IMG/VR virus record: IMGVR_UViG_2571042636_000011
Source: a virus
Taxonomy: Duplodnaviria; Heunggongvirae; Uroviricota; Caudoviricetes
Length of the DNA stretch: 25,526 nucleotides
Strand: one strand, 5' to 3'
Of this stretch, positions 8,227 to 16,563 are shown one piece after another. The position numbers and the translations under genes were made by a program. Positions within the stretch are counted from its first letter, which is position 1; each line of letters begins with the position of its first letter. Under the pieces are notes generated by a model, which did no database searches, was not told where the DNA came from, and saw only the letters and a list, made by a program, of their open reading frames with translations.

Positions 8227-10086
8227 TTAGTGAGGGCTGGTTATTACGTAGTCGCTCTGGTCATCCTCTCCCAGCCTCTCAGGTATTAAATCGTTGAAGG
8301 AAATAGTATTACTCTTAGGTTTTTCTTCAATTGGAAGTTCAGCTACCCTTAATTTGAGCGGCATGGGGCAGACGATACCACTAAAAATACAGGTTCCTGT
8401 AGATAGCGTTGGAATCGACTCTTCAGTCAGTCGATCTATATATGATACTGATTTTTCAATTGCGTACAGATCATTCTGATTAATAAGGCGATGAATAAAA
8501 TAATTGTGTGCTTGGGATATGATTGTCGACGATATATCATTAGGGCGTTGACTGGAAATTGTGATAAAAACTCCAAATTTTCTCCCCTCCTTTATGATTT
8601 CCTCAAAAGTTTCCAGACGATAATCTCTCCAACTTTCCGTTTCCCGAAAAGAAGTATTAGACAAAATATTGTGGGCTTCATCTATAATGATGTGCAGTGT
8701 AGATTTCTCTGTAGACATTTTCTTCATATTGTAAGCCCACTTGGCTATCAAAAGAGGAAGCGTTTTTTTCATGGTTATATTAACCATATTTAGATTCACA
8801 ACCGTGAAATTATGTTCACCCCAAAAGTCAGACTGTCCGGAAGTATCAAATATTTTGGCTATATCTTTACGGTTAGCACTCATTCTATTTATAACTGGTG
8901 AAATATGTTCAGGGTTAGACTTGTTAGATAAATATTCCTGTATTAACTGTAAGTACATAAAGTCCAACAGTTCTTCAATCATATCAGTTTTAAATGAAAA
9001 ATTGCTTGCAAGACTGAATAGATAGGAGCGCTCAGTATCAGCTTCTGTATTGAAAATACTACCACCCCTCAATTTCCATTTATATGCAGTTGAATGATAC
9101 TCAAGATCAGATATAAGTTCTGGGTCATCTTTGAAAATTGGGCTAAGAAACTGATTTATAGTATCGCATTTGGGTTTGTCGCTACTAAAGAGATTTTGTC
9201 TGACTTTTTTCTTCAGGATATTGCGCATAAACTCAAGAGGATTATCAGCAGTCATCACTTTCTTGCGAAACTCAAGAACTCTCTTCAGGAAAGGTTTCTG
9301 TGTTTTGTCTGTTGCATCGGTTAGAACTGAGAGCATATCATGCTCAAGTAGAACCTCTCTGGGTAGAGGAAGTTTGTCACCATTTGCATGGTGCGTGTTG
9401 AGATTATAAACCGTCTTCTCGTCAGTAATACAGCGTGGGGCAGTATATTCTCCATTAAAGTCGAATAGAATAAATTTGCATCTTTCACTAAAGTGGTTGC
9501 CGAGAATATGTTTAACTTGGGCAATACCTGCTTTGTATAGCGCGGCTAGGGTATTTGACTTTCCGCTGCCTGTATTACCGAAAATGGCAATGTGGGAATT
9601 AATAAGACCATTGATTGGTAGTGCAATTTCAATATCTTCAAGATCTGTACGAGTAAACCTCATTACAGTTTCGTCTGCATCAGCTATCTGATGAACCGTC
9701 TGTATCATCTCTTCAGTTACCACGAAGACTTCATTGCCGATGAGAGGTAGTTCACGCGAACCACCAATGAAGCAACCAGTACGATCAATGTAACCCGTAA
9801 GAGTAGAGGTCAGGTATCGCCGATATCGCCAGGCATCACTGCCGCTCCCAGCGAGATGTTTTTCCTCAATGATTCGTTCCGCTTCAACCTTGCCGATCAG
9901 GCTCATGAAACCTTTTTTGATCTCAATGAAGCTACCCACTGATACATTTCTTAGAACTTTTCCCTGATAAAACAAGTCACTGAGATTTTTGTTTTTATCG
10001 ACCAAAATTGTCACAGCGCGTCCAGAAACCTCACAGACTTCGCCTATACGGAGCACCGCTTCCTCTTCAGTAAAATGCCTGCTCAT
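8227..10086 (-). CDS. herA: HerA-like ATPase (HAS-barrel plus RecA-like P-loop NTPase), predicted partner of the upstream SIR2-like protein
   Basis: About 619 aa from ATG 10086..10084, which overlaps the SIR2 stop (ATGA); GGGAGG upstream. Walker A AIFGNTGSGKSNT and Walker B LHIIIDEAHN. N-terminal beta-rich segment (RIGEVCEVSGRAVTILVDK...GSFIEIKKGFMSLIGKVEAERI) is consistent with a HerA HAS barrel. AT-rich codon usage unlike the phage core. Confidence 0.75.
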   Translation of the reverse strand: MSRHFTEEEAVLRIGEVCEVSGRAVTILVDKNKNLSDLFYQGKVLRNVSVGSFIEIKKGFMSLIGKVEAERIIEEKHLAGSGSDAWRYRRYLTSTLTGYIDRTGCFIGGSRELPLIGNEVFVVTEEMIQTVHQIADADETVMRFTRTDLEDIEIALPINGLINSHIAIFGNTGSGKSNTLAALYKAGIAQVKHILGNHFSERCKFILFDFNGEYTAPRCITDEKTVYNLNTHHANGDKLPLPREVLLEHDMLSVLTDATDKTQKPFLKRVLEFRKKVMTADNPLEFMRNILKKKVRQNLFSSDKPKCDTINQFLSPIFKDDPELISDLEYHSTAYKWKLRGGSIFNTEADTERSYLFSLASNFSFKTDMIEELLDFMYLQLIQEYLSNKSNPEHISPVINRMSANRKDIAKIFDTSGQSDFWGEHNFTVVNLNMVNITMKKTLPLLIAKWAYNMKKMSTEKSTLHIIIDEAHNILSNTSFRETESWRDYRLETFEEIIKEGRKFGVFITISSQRPNDISSTIISQAHNYFIHRLINQNDLYAIEKSVSYIDRLTEESIPTLSTGTCIFSGIVCPMPLKLRVAELPIEEKPKSNTISFNDLIPERLGEDDQSDYVITSPH

Positions 10087-11126
10087 CTCGAGCCTCCCAG
10101 ATAGCACGTGATAATGTTATTCATTACCGGAAAATCAACATTTCTTCCCGGCCGATAAATAATCTCTACGTTTGAGTAATCCCGAAATTTCTCCATAAAG
10201 CCGTTAACACTGGCCTCATCGAAAGCAAAGATCAGTAGCTTCAGGGTGGCGTTGCGCAGGGCTTTTTTAGTTATCGTTTCAATGTGCTCATCAGCAAACG
10301 AGAACCCAAAGACAATTAGTAAAGTTGCTTCTTTATCAAGCTCGTTGGAATAGGTTCTCAGTAAATCATAATAAACGTTCTGTAGTAGAGTCTCTTTAAA
10401 CTTCTCCTTACGTGGAAGAATAAGTGCATGAGCAAGTACCCATCCTTTCATTTCGGCTAGGGTGGGAAAGTCAAGCGGCTTAATATCTGCAATACGATAA
10501 ATGATTTTCCCTTTAGAATGCTGCCAAGAGAGCGAACCATGAAGTTTTATAAGGTTAACAGTAGGAAGCTCAACTTTATAATTATACAGATTTCCGGTTG
10601 CACTTACAGAATGATTAAAGCTACCCGCATCAAATTCCGCATCTCCCAAAATACTTGCTCTTCTATTGAATCCATCATTAAAAAGAATATTGTTATTACG
10701 TGTGGCAGCTTCTTCGATGAATAAATCATAATTAGTTGTAAAAACGTTAATACGCCTCGGAAGTAGGCCAGTTCGGCGGCGGGTCAGTATCTTTTCCAGT
10801 GAAGACATAAATGCATCATAATTTGCACGGGTACATTCCAAATCGGTGATCACCTGAGGTGCGAAGGGGGTGCCGTAGCCGCGCTTCAACATGCATTCAT
10901 GAGGTAGCCAAACATCTGACAAAAAGTCAGCTGCCATCCTTAAGTATTCATCTTCCTGTTCATCATTAATAAGCTGCTGAAGATCCGTTTCGATTGTCCC
11001 CAGTACTTTAATCGCTGGGAGGGATGCACCTGATCCGATGAGAAAGTTAATGTTAGCTGACTGAAATATCCGCTCTAAGTAGTCTCGGTCACTATCGTTA
11101 CCGTAGTATGCGCGCTTGACTGCCAT
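10083..11126 (-). CDS. SIR2-like (sirtuin-fold, predicted NAD+-consuming) defence effector protein
   Basis: About 347 aa from ATG 11126..11124 (AAGGA SD; the ORF track starts at TTG 11141). Gly-rich NAD-binding loop FLIGSGASLP, the TTNYD motif (VFTTNYDLFIEEA) and a candidate catalytic His in KLHGSLSW, as in defence-associated SIR2 domains. Coupled to the HerA-like gene. Confidence 0.75.
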   Translation of the reverse strand: MAVKRAYYGNDSDRDYLERIFQSANINFLIGSGASLPAIKVLGTIETDLQQLINDEQEDEYLRMAADFLSDVWLPHECMLKRGYGTPFAPQVITDLECTRANYDAFMSSLEKILTRRRTGLLPRRINVFTTNYDLFIEEAATRNNNILFNDGFNRRASILGDAEFDAGSFNHSVSATGNLYNYKVELPTVNLIKLHGSLSWQHSKGKIIYRIADIKPLDFPTLAEMKGWVLAHALILPRKEKFKETLLQNVYYDLLRTYSNELDKEATLLIVFGFSFADEHIETITKKALRNATLKLLIFAFDEASVNGFMEKFRDYSNVEIIYRPGRNVDFPVMNNIITCYLGGSR

Positions 11127-11426
11127 CTTATCCTTCCACAAAACATTGGATTAGTCTGTAATTTATTTAATCTTAACGCCGAGCTCAATACTTTAACATC
11201 ACTTCTTCTGGCGATTGCTATGAGCCCTTCTTGATAAAAAGTTCGATCGGGAAACTGATCCTTTATGCCACAAGTTTTCTAGCTATCCTCAAAAAATTGG
11301 TGTTAAAACTGTGCCAACAAAGTTGCAAGGTTCGCTTCTCGCTCACAGCGAACTTTCATCTTTGTAAACCCGTATGATTCGCTTTTCAGCAGTCATTCAG
11401 ATACGGATTTACGCTTCCCTTGGCAG

Positions 11427-11456
11427 CGCATGACTATGACGCATGAGATCGCATGA
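11427..11456. repeat. Three direct repeats of CGCATGA at 13- and 10-nt spacing
   Basis: cgcatgactatgacgcatgagatcgcatga. Copies start at 11427, 11440 and 11450, in the non-coding region about 100 bp left of the candidate cos sequence. Function unknown. Confidence 0.4.
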
Positions 11457-11551
11457 TCGTTTAAGGATCGTTTTTGCTGAAGTCAGCCAGAACTGGCGTG
11501 CTTTTGCTTATGTCATGCAGGTGCATGAAAACCACTACATAAAGCGGGCAG

Positions 11552-11570
11552 GCGTGGCGGGGATACGAGC
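11552..11570. other. Candidate cohesive-end (cos) site of the P2/186 type
   Basis: GGCGTGGCGGGGATACGAG followed by GC-rich CGCGCGC. The first 13 nt match the start of the 19-nt P2/186 cos overhang as I remember it (P2 GGCGAGGCGGGGAAAGCAC). It lies in the prophage position between the right-end accessory genes and Q. Identification is from memory and unverified. Confidence 0.3.
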
Positions 11571-11650
11571 GCGCGCAATGCTATGATCTGGCTCTTTCAA
11601 AACTGTTAACGGTTCTTCACATTCTTAAATGATCATGGTAGCTTAAGCAT

Positions 11651-11781
11651 GCACATGTAGGCAGATTTGTTGGTTGTGGTATCGCAATCAGTGATCTAAA
11701 TGTTAGATGGATTCGCCTTCTGACATCCTTGTAGCCATTCTTGGGCTGTCCTATGCTTTGCGTAAGAGTGCCTACATGTGC
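11651..11781 (+). ncRNA. msr-msd: Retron msr-msd non-coding RNA (template for msDNA), bounded by a1/a2 inverted repeats
   Basis: 13-bp inverted repeat GCACATGTAGGCA (11651..11663) and TGCCTACATGTGC (11769..11781) flanks about 105 nt, immediately upstream of the RT gene (starts 11817), which is the canonical a1-msr-msd-a2-RT arrangement. The 5' part (CATGTAGGCAGATTTGTTGGTTGTG..ATCGCAA.CAGTG) resembles an enterobacterial retron msr that I recall. Exact ends are approximate. Confidence 0.5.
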
Positions 11782-11816
11782 CTACCCTAACTGATAATCA
11801 AGGTTGATTTTTAGAT

Positions 11817-13574
11817 ATGGCACCCCTATCAATTTTAGAACGTTTACAAAACGCTGCTAACAGGCAAGATTTGGCTAGTATCTTGAATCTTAAAACTGCT
11901 TTTCTTACGGATGTTATTTATCGTTTAAAAGCTGAAACGCAGTATACACAATTTACTATCCCTAAAAAAAACGGAGCGCCGAGAGTCATATCAGCACCTA
12001 CCACTAAGCTCAAAGATATTCAACGTAGATTAGCTGATGTTTTATATTTATGTCGTGCAGAAATTTATAAAAAATATAATATTAATCCAGTTTTATCTCA
12101 TGGGTTTGAAAAAGAAAAGTCAATTATTACGAATGCTGAACGGCATAGAGGTAAAACGCTACTACTAAATATAGACCTTGAGGATTATTTTGATAGTTTT
12201 AATTTTGGACGTGTTAGAGGTTTTTTCTTATCAAACAGAGATTTTAGATTAAATAATACTGTTGCTACAACGATCGCACAAATTGCATGTTTTCAGAATG
12301 GACTTCCTCAAGGAAGCCCATGCTCTCCAATTATAAGTAACTTAATCAGTGGAATTCTTGATATAAGATTATCAAAGTTAGCAAAGAAATACGGATGCAA
12401 TTATTCACGGTATGCTGATGATCTTACATTTTCAACTAATAAAAAAACATTTCCAAAAGAGATTGCTGATGTTGGCGGAGAGTCTGTAACCCTAAGTCCA
12501 ACTTTAATTAAAGAGATTATAAAGGCTGGCTTTAAAATAAATGATAAAAAGACAAGGGTTTGTTATAAAACATCACGACAAGATGTTACTGGGTTGACTG
12601 TTAATAAAAAAGTGAATGTTGGCAAAGAATATGCAAAAGTAACGCGTGCCATGGCTCATTCTCTTTATAAAGATGGTTCTTTTGTTATTGTTACTGAATC
12701 AGGAAAGATTGAAAAAGGTACATGTGCTAAATTAGAAGGCCGTTTTGGATTTATTGACTCAATAGATAAATATAATAATTTAAAACTAAAGAACGCAAGA
12801 CAGTTGGAAAAGTACCAAAGTGTAAATCATGGATTAAACTACACTGCAAAATTGAATTCGAGAGAAAAAGCCTACAGTTATTTTCTATACTATAAAAATT
12901 TTCATGGAATGGAAATGCCAACAATACTCACTGAGGGTAAAACAGACCGTGTATATTTAAAGTGTGCTTTGAAGTCATTGGCGAATTCATATCCTTTATT
13001 GTTTAATTCTTCTGATGATAGCTCTAAAAATGAGTATCGTGTTAATTTTTTTAAAGCAACTGAAAAAACAAGCTATTTTCTTGACATTTCTGGCGGTGCT
13101 ACAGACTTCAAAAGATTTATATTAAGATACCAAGAACAAAAAAAGAGGTTCGAGAAATTTAAACCAAAGCACCCTGTTATTATGCTTCTTGATAATGACT
13201 CAGGCCCTAAAGATTTATTAAATCACTTAAAGGATAAAGTAAAAAATTGTCCAAATGATGTTGATACTATTCGTAAGGCAAGGTATACCCACATATTTGA
13301 CAATCTCTATTTGTTATTAACACCATTGCTTCCTGGAGGGAAAGAGTCTTGTATGGAGGATTTATTTGATAGCACGGTACTATCAACGGTGCTTGATGGA
13401 AAGACATTTAATAAATCTAATGATACGGATACAAAAACAGAATATGGTAAGCATGTGTTTTCAACAAAGGTTATAAAGGCAAATTGTAAAACAATTAGTT
13501 TTGAAAAGTTTAAAGTTATTTTTGATGGTATTGAGGAAATTATTGCAGATTATTCAAAGAGGTGCAAAGTATAA
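11817..13574 (+). CDS. ret: Retron-type reverse transcriptase with a C-terminal TOPRIM-like (OLD-family-like) domain, 585 aa
   Basis: RT motifs seen in the translation: motif A LLLNIDLEDYFDSF, motif B QGLPQGSPCSPIISNL, motif C YSRYADDLTFS (YADD). C-terminal about 250 aa contain a conserved Glu motif (ILTEGKTDRVYLK) and a DxD motif (MLLDNDSGP), consistent with a TOPRIM fold. Very AT-rich codon usage. Confidence 0.9.
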   Translation: MAPLSILERLQNAANRQDLASILNLKTAFLTDVIYRLKAETQYTQFTIPKKNGAPRVISAPTTKLKDIQRRLADVLYLCRAEIYKKYNINPVLSHGFEKEKSIITNAERHRGKTLLLNIDLEDYFDSFNFGRVRGFFLSNRDFRLNNTVATTIAQIACFQNGLPQGSPCSPIISNLISGILDIRLSKLAKKYGCNYSRYADDLTFSTNKKTFPKEIADVGGESVTLSPTLIKEIIKAGFKINDKKTRVCYKTSRQDVTGLTVNKKVNVGKEYAKVTRAMAHSLYKDGSFVIVTESGKIEKGTCAKLEGRFGFIDSIDKYNNLKLKNARQLEKYQSVNHGLNYTAKLNSREKAYSYFLYYKNFHGMEMPTILTEGKTDRVYLKCALKSLANSYPLLFNSSDDSSKNEYRVNFFKATEKTSYFLDISGGATDFKRFILRYQEQKKRFEKFKPKHPVIMLLDNDSGPKDLLNHLKDKVKNCPNDVDTIRKARYTHIFDNLYLLLTPLLPGGKESCMEDLFDSTVLSTVLDGKTFNKSNDTDTKTEYGKHVFSTKVIKANCKTISFEKFKVIFDGIEEIIADYSKRCKV

Positions 13575-13585
13575 CTGTAATCACA

Positions 13586-13607
13586 GGCAAAGAGTATGCT
13601 CTTTGCC
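13586..13607 (+). terminator. Hairpin terminator between the convergent RT and Q genes
   Basis: GGCAAAGAG-tatg-CTCTTTGCC, a perfect 9-bp stem, followed by TTGTATTGT. Located 12 nt after the RT stop and 17 nt before the Q stop on the other strand. Confidence 0.5.
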
Positions 13608-13623
13608 TTGTATTGTGGGACGA

Positions 13624-14655
13624 TTACATATCTAAGTTATATTCTGTAAATGCGATAATATCTGTACCTAACCAGACATTAATCTCCTTGATCCGTTTTT
13701 GCATTGATATCAATTCGTTTCTTACGAATACTTTACTAGCCTTTTCCACATCCCCAAATCCCCCGACATTATTTGGCATTATCCCCATCATCTGTGGCGG
13801 AACGCGATGTGCTGCCATCATGTCATCCCGGCTCACGTTCTTGATATTTAGAAACTCATCCTTCGCCGCAACTTCTGACAAAGGGATGATCTGAAGGCCG
13901 TCCTTTTTGCCGTTAGGCGAGTACATAAACAGGTTGCGGAAGTTACCCGGACCTTTGGCACTTTTCATTGCATTGCGGAGGTTGTTCACGTCCTCCTGGT
14001 TCTGCGCAGCATCGGTCATGTACATGATGAAGCCTGCATGACTACCGTTAATGTAATACTTGCGGCGGAACAGCGTGGCGGACTCATTGAGCAGGGCGGA
14101 CGGAATGGCAGAAAGATAGCCGGGTAGGCCGTAGATCTCCTGGTTAATGTCCGGTTCCATCAGATGAAAAATGCTACCTTTCGTGAACTGATACGGCTGG
14201 GTTGTCATACCATATTGCACAAACCAGTAGGTATCCAGGTCTAACCCGCGTCGGGTGTATTTTGCCAGAGCAGGCTCAAGGGCGATAACTTCACCGAAGC
14301 GGTTCGTGCGTTTCTCCAGGTAGGCGTTACCAAATACCAGATAGTCCTGCACAAAACGTGAAAAAGCCTGCTGGCTGAGCAGCGGGTGAGGGATGTAGGT
14401 ACTGGTCAGAATGTTGCATTTTACTGCAATCGGTGAGCTGTGATGCACGGCAGCGCGGAAGGTTCGTGCCAGTCCGTCAAAGCTGACGGGCGGCTCATAC
14501 CAGCGGTCCATCTGTACGCATTCCATATAGTCCAGCAGTTCACGGCGGTCCAGAACAGGAACGGGATCGCCAAAGCTGAATGCTTCGGCTGAAGTCTGGC
14601 TTTTATGCTTGAGCTGATTCGTCGCCGCAGCGCGGTTTTTCTTACTCTTTCCCAT
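13624..14655 (-). CDS. Q: Portal (capsid portal vertex) protein, P2 gpQ family
   Basis: About 343 aa, the size and position of P2 Q (first packaging gene beside the cos region, transcribed leftward with P). ATG at 14655..14653; the ORF track starts at TTG 14658. Start overlaps the P stop. Confidence 0.85.
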   Translation of the reverse strand: MGKSKKNRAAATNQLKHKSQTSAEAFSFGDPVPVLDRRELLDYMECVQMDRWYEPPVSFDGLARTFRAAVHHSSPIAVKCNILTSTYIPHPLLSQQAFSRFVQDYLVFGNAYLEKRTNRFGEVIALEPALAKYTRRGLDLDTYWFVQYGMTTQPYQFTKGSIFHLMEPDINQEIYGLPGYLSAIPSALLNESATLFRRKYYINGSHAGFIMYMTDAAQNQEDVNNLRNAMKSAKGPGNFRNLFMYSPNGKKDGLQIIPLSEVAAKDEFLNIKNVSRDDMMAAHRVPPQMMGIMPNNVGGFGDVEKASKVFVRNELISMQKRIKEINVWLGTDIIAFTEYNLDM

Positions 14656-16421
14656 CAAAAAATCTCCACAATATTGCTGGTATTGGCGGATTCGCCCTGC
14701 AGCGGTTCGTTAAACAGTGCGTGCATCGTTGCCCAGGCCAGATCGGCGTGGCTGGCTTCTTCGCTGCGGCTGGCTTCATAGGTCGGGCGGTTGCCGCTGG
14801 CGGTGGTGGCGCGACGGATTGCCATGAATGACTGCGCAATGTCGGTGTGCCCGGCGTCAAACTCCAGACGGCGGTGGCTGATAATGTCGTAGGCCTTGAG
14901 TACCAGGGCGTTTTTAACATTGGGGTTGTAGACAAACTCCCGGACGGCAGGAAAGAACGCTTTCACGTTCTCATAAACCCCGTGACCAACGCCGGTTGAG
15001 TCGATACCGATATAGGTCACGTTGTACTGTTCGGTGAGTTTTTTGATGGCGTCAGCCTGGGCGCGGAAGTCCATCCCGCGCCACTGGTGACGCTCAAGAA
15101 TGCGGAACTTACCACCCGGCACGGCTGGCGGAGCCACCACCACGCATCCGGCACTGTCGCCGTTCTGCGTACCTTTTGCCGGGTCATAACCGATCCACAC
15201 TTCGCGCCAGCCAAACGGGCGTAGGGCCAGTGCATGAAAGTCGGTCCAGACTTCCCAGCTGTCCACCATGCACGCCTGCAGTTCGCTGAGCGGGAACACG
15301 GACGCGAGATCGTCCACGAACTCGCACATCAACAGGTTCTGGTATTCGTCCGGGCTGTACTCCATGCGTAGCTGGTCGAGGTCGAACAGGTTACAGCCGC
15401 CGCGCACCGCATCTTCCACGGTGACTATCTGGCGGTATTGCCCATCTGCGCACAGCAGGCCGGGGGCCAGATTGCTGTGGGACAGGTCGATGTCCACCTT
15501 GTCAGCTTTGTTGCGTCCACGGTTGAACAGCGCACCGGACCAGAACGGATAAGCACTGTGGGTCAGGCTGGATGGCGTGGAAAAATAGGTTTGTCGCCAT
15601 TTTTTGTGAATAGCCATCCCGGAAGCCACTTTGCGCAGCTCCTGGAATTTCGGTATCCAGAAATATTCATCCAGATACAGGTTGCCGTGATAACTCTGGG
15701 CCGTGCGGGCATTGGTGCCGAGGAAGTAAAGCGTGGCTCCGTTAGGAAGCACCATCGGATCGCCTTTTAGCTCCACCTCGACTTCTTTGGCGAAGTCGAT
15801 GATGTATTGTTTAAAGACGTGGGCCTGAGCCTTACTGGCAGAAAGGAAAATCTGGTTACGTCCGGTAAGCAGGGCGTCAATCAGGGCTTCACGGGCAAAA
15901 TAGAAGGTCGCGCCGATCTGGCGTGACTTCAGCAGGTTGCGGATGCGGTTGGTTTTTCCGGCTTCCCACCAGTGGCGCTGGTAGTTGAACATGGAGGAAT
16001 GGAAGATTTCTTCCAGCTTCTCAATCTGCTCATCGGTGAAAACATTCTTTTCCGGCTGACGGCGTGGGCCTTTATTGCGGTTGGCGACGTTAGGGTTTAA
16101 GTCGGCTTCGTTGCCGCCATTGTTAAACTTGCCGATCCGCGCGTGGCGCTCAGACTGGCGCGCCAGCAGGTCAATCTCTTTGAAATCTTTCCCTTCTTTG
16201 TGCTCCTTCATAATGAGCTGGCAGTAGCGTGCGGCGGTGGTGAGCTGCATCTGATCCAGCGGCCCATAGTCACCCCACTTGTCGCGTTTTTTCCAGCTGT
16301 GAACGGTTGCAACTTTCTCGCCCAGCATTTCAGCAATGCGGGCTACGCGGTATCCCTGAAAGTACAGCAGCATGGCCTGCCGACGGGGATCGAGATCTGC
16401 GGGTGTCAGTGTGGTGTTCAT
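14655..16421 (-). CDS. P: Terminase large (ATPase) subunit, P2 gpP family
   Basis: 588 aa, between Q and the divergent O gene as in P2. N-terminal HTH-like MLLYFQGYRVARIAEMLGEKVATVHSWKKR and a large nuclease/ATPase body. Confidence 0.9.
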   Translation of the reverse strand: MNTTLTPADLDPRRQAMLLYFQGYRVARIAEMLGEKVATVHSWKKRDKWGDYGPLDQMQLTTAARYCQLIMKEHKEGKDFKEIDLLARQSERHARIGKFNNGGNEADLNPNVANRNKGPRRQPEKNVFTDEQIEKLEEIFHSSMFNYQRHWWEAGKTNRIRNLLKSRQIGATFYFAREALIDALLTGRNQIFLSASKAQAHVFKQYIIDFAKEVEVELKGDPMVLPNGATLYFLGTNARTAQSYHGNLYLDEYFWIPKFQELRKVASGMAIHKKWRQTYFSTPSSLTHSAYPFWSGALFNRGRNKADKVDIDLSHSNLAPGLLCADGQYRQIVTVEDAVRGGCNLFDLDQLRMEYSPDEYQNLLMCEFVDDLASVFPLSELQACMVDSWEVWTDFHALALRPFGWREVWIGYDPAKGTQNGDSAGCVVVAPPAVPGGKFRILERHQWRGMDFRAQADAIKKLTEQYNVTYIGIDSTGVGHGVYENVKAFFPAVREFVYNPNVKNALVLKAYDIISHRRLEFDAGHTDIAQSFMAIRRATTASGNRPTYEASRSEEASHADLAWATMHALFNEPLQGESANTSNIVEIF

Positions 16422-16467
16422 GGCACAAACCTACAGCCTTGAATGACGGCTTTCCCCGCCTGCGGTT

Positions 16468-16485
16468 TGTGTGGTTGTCGGTACA
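16468..16485. promoter_or_regulatory. TGT-N12-ACA element in the divergent P/O late promoter region (candidate Ogr/Delta-type activator site)
   Basis: TGTgtggttgtcggtACA in the 142-bp P-O intergenic region. P2-family late promoters carry TGT-N12-ACA activator sites around -55. Which of the two promoters it serves is unresolved. Confidence 0.35.
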
Positions 16486-16563
16486 AATACCGCGCATTGT
16501 TTCACTGCCCCCATCACCGCAACCATAAGGCTCCAGTAAGTTTTTTCTAACGGAGCACGGCTC

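Noticed and set aside
8294-9691. Several 60-100-aa plus-strand ORFs within the HerA-like gene
   Set aside because: Antisense to a gene with clear Walker motifs, no start signals, low-complexity translations.
13575-13623. Cos site in the gap between the RT and Q genes, the usual place left of Q in P2
   Set aside because: Only 49 bp, AT-rich, and taken up by a hairpin terminator. No GC-rich cos-like sequence is present; a better candidate is at 11552..11570.
13562-13894. 110-aa plus-strand ORF starting at the RT stop and running into Q
   Set aside because: Antisense to the portal gene and crossing the terminator hairpin. No RBS. Shadow ORF.
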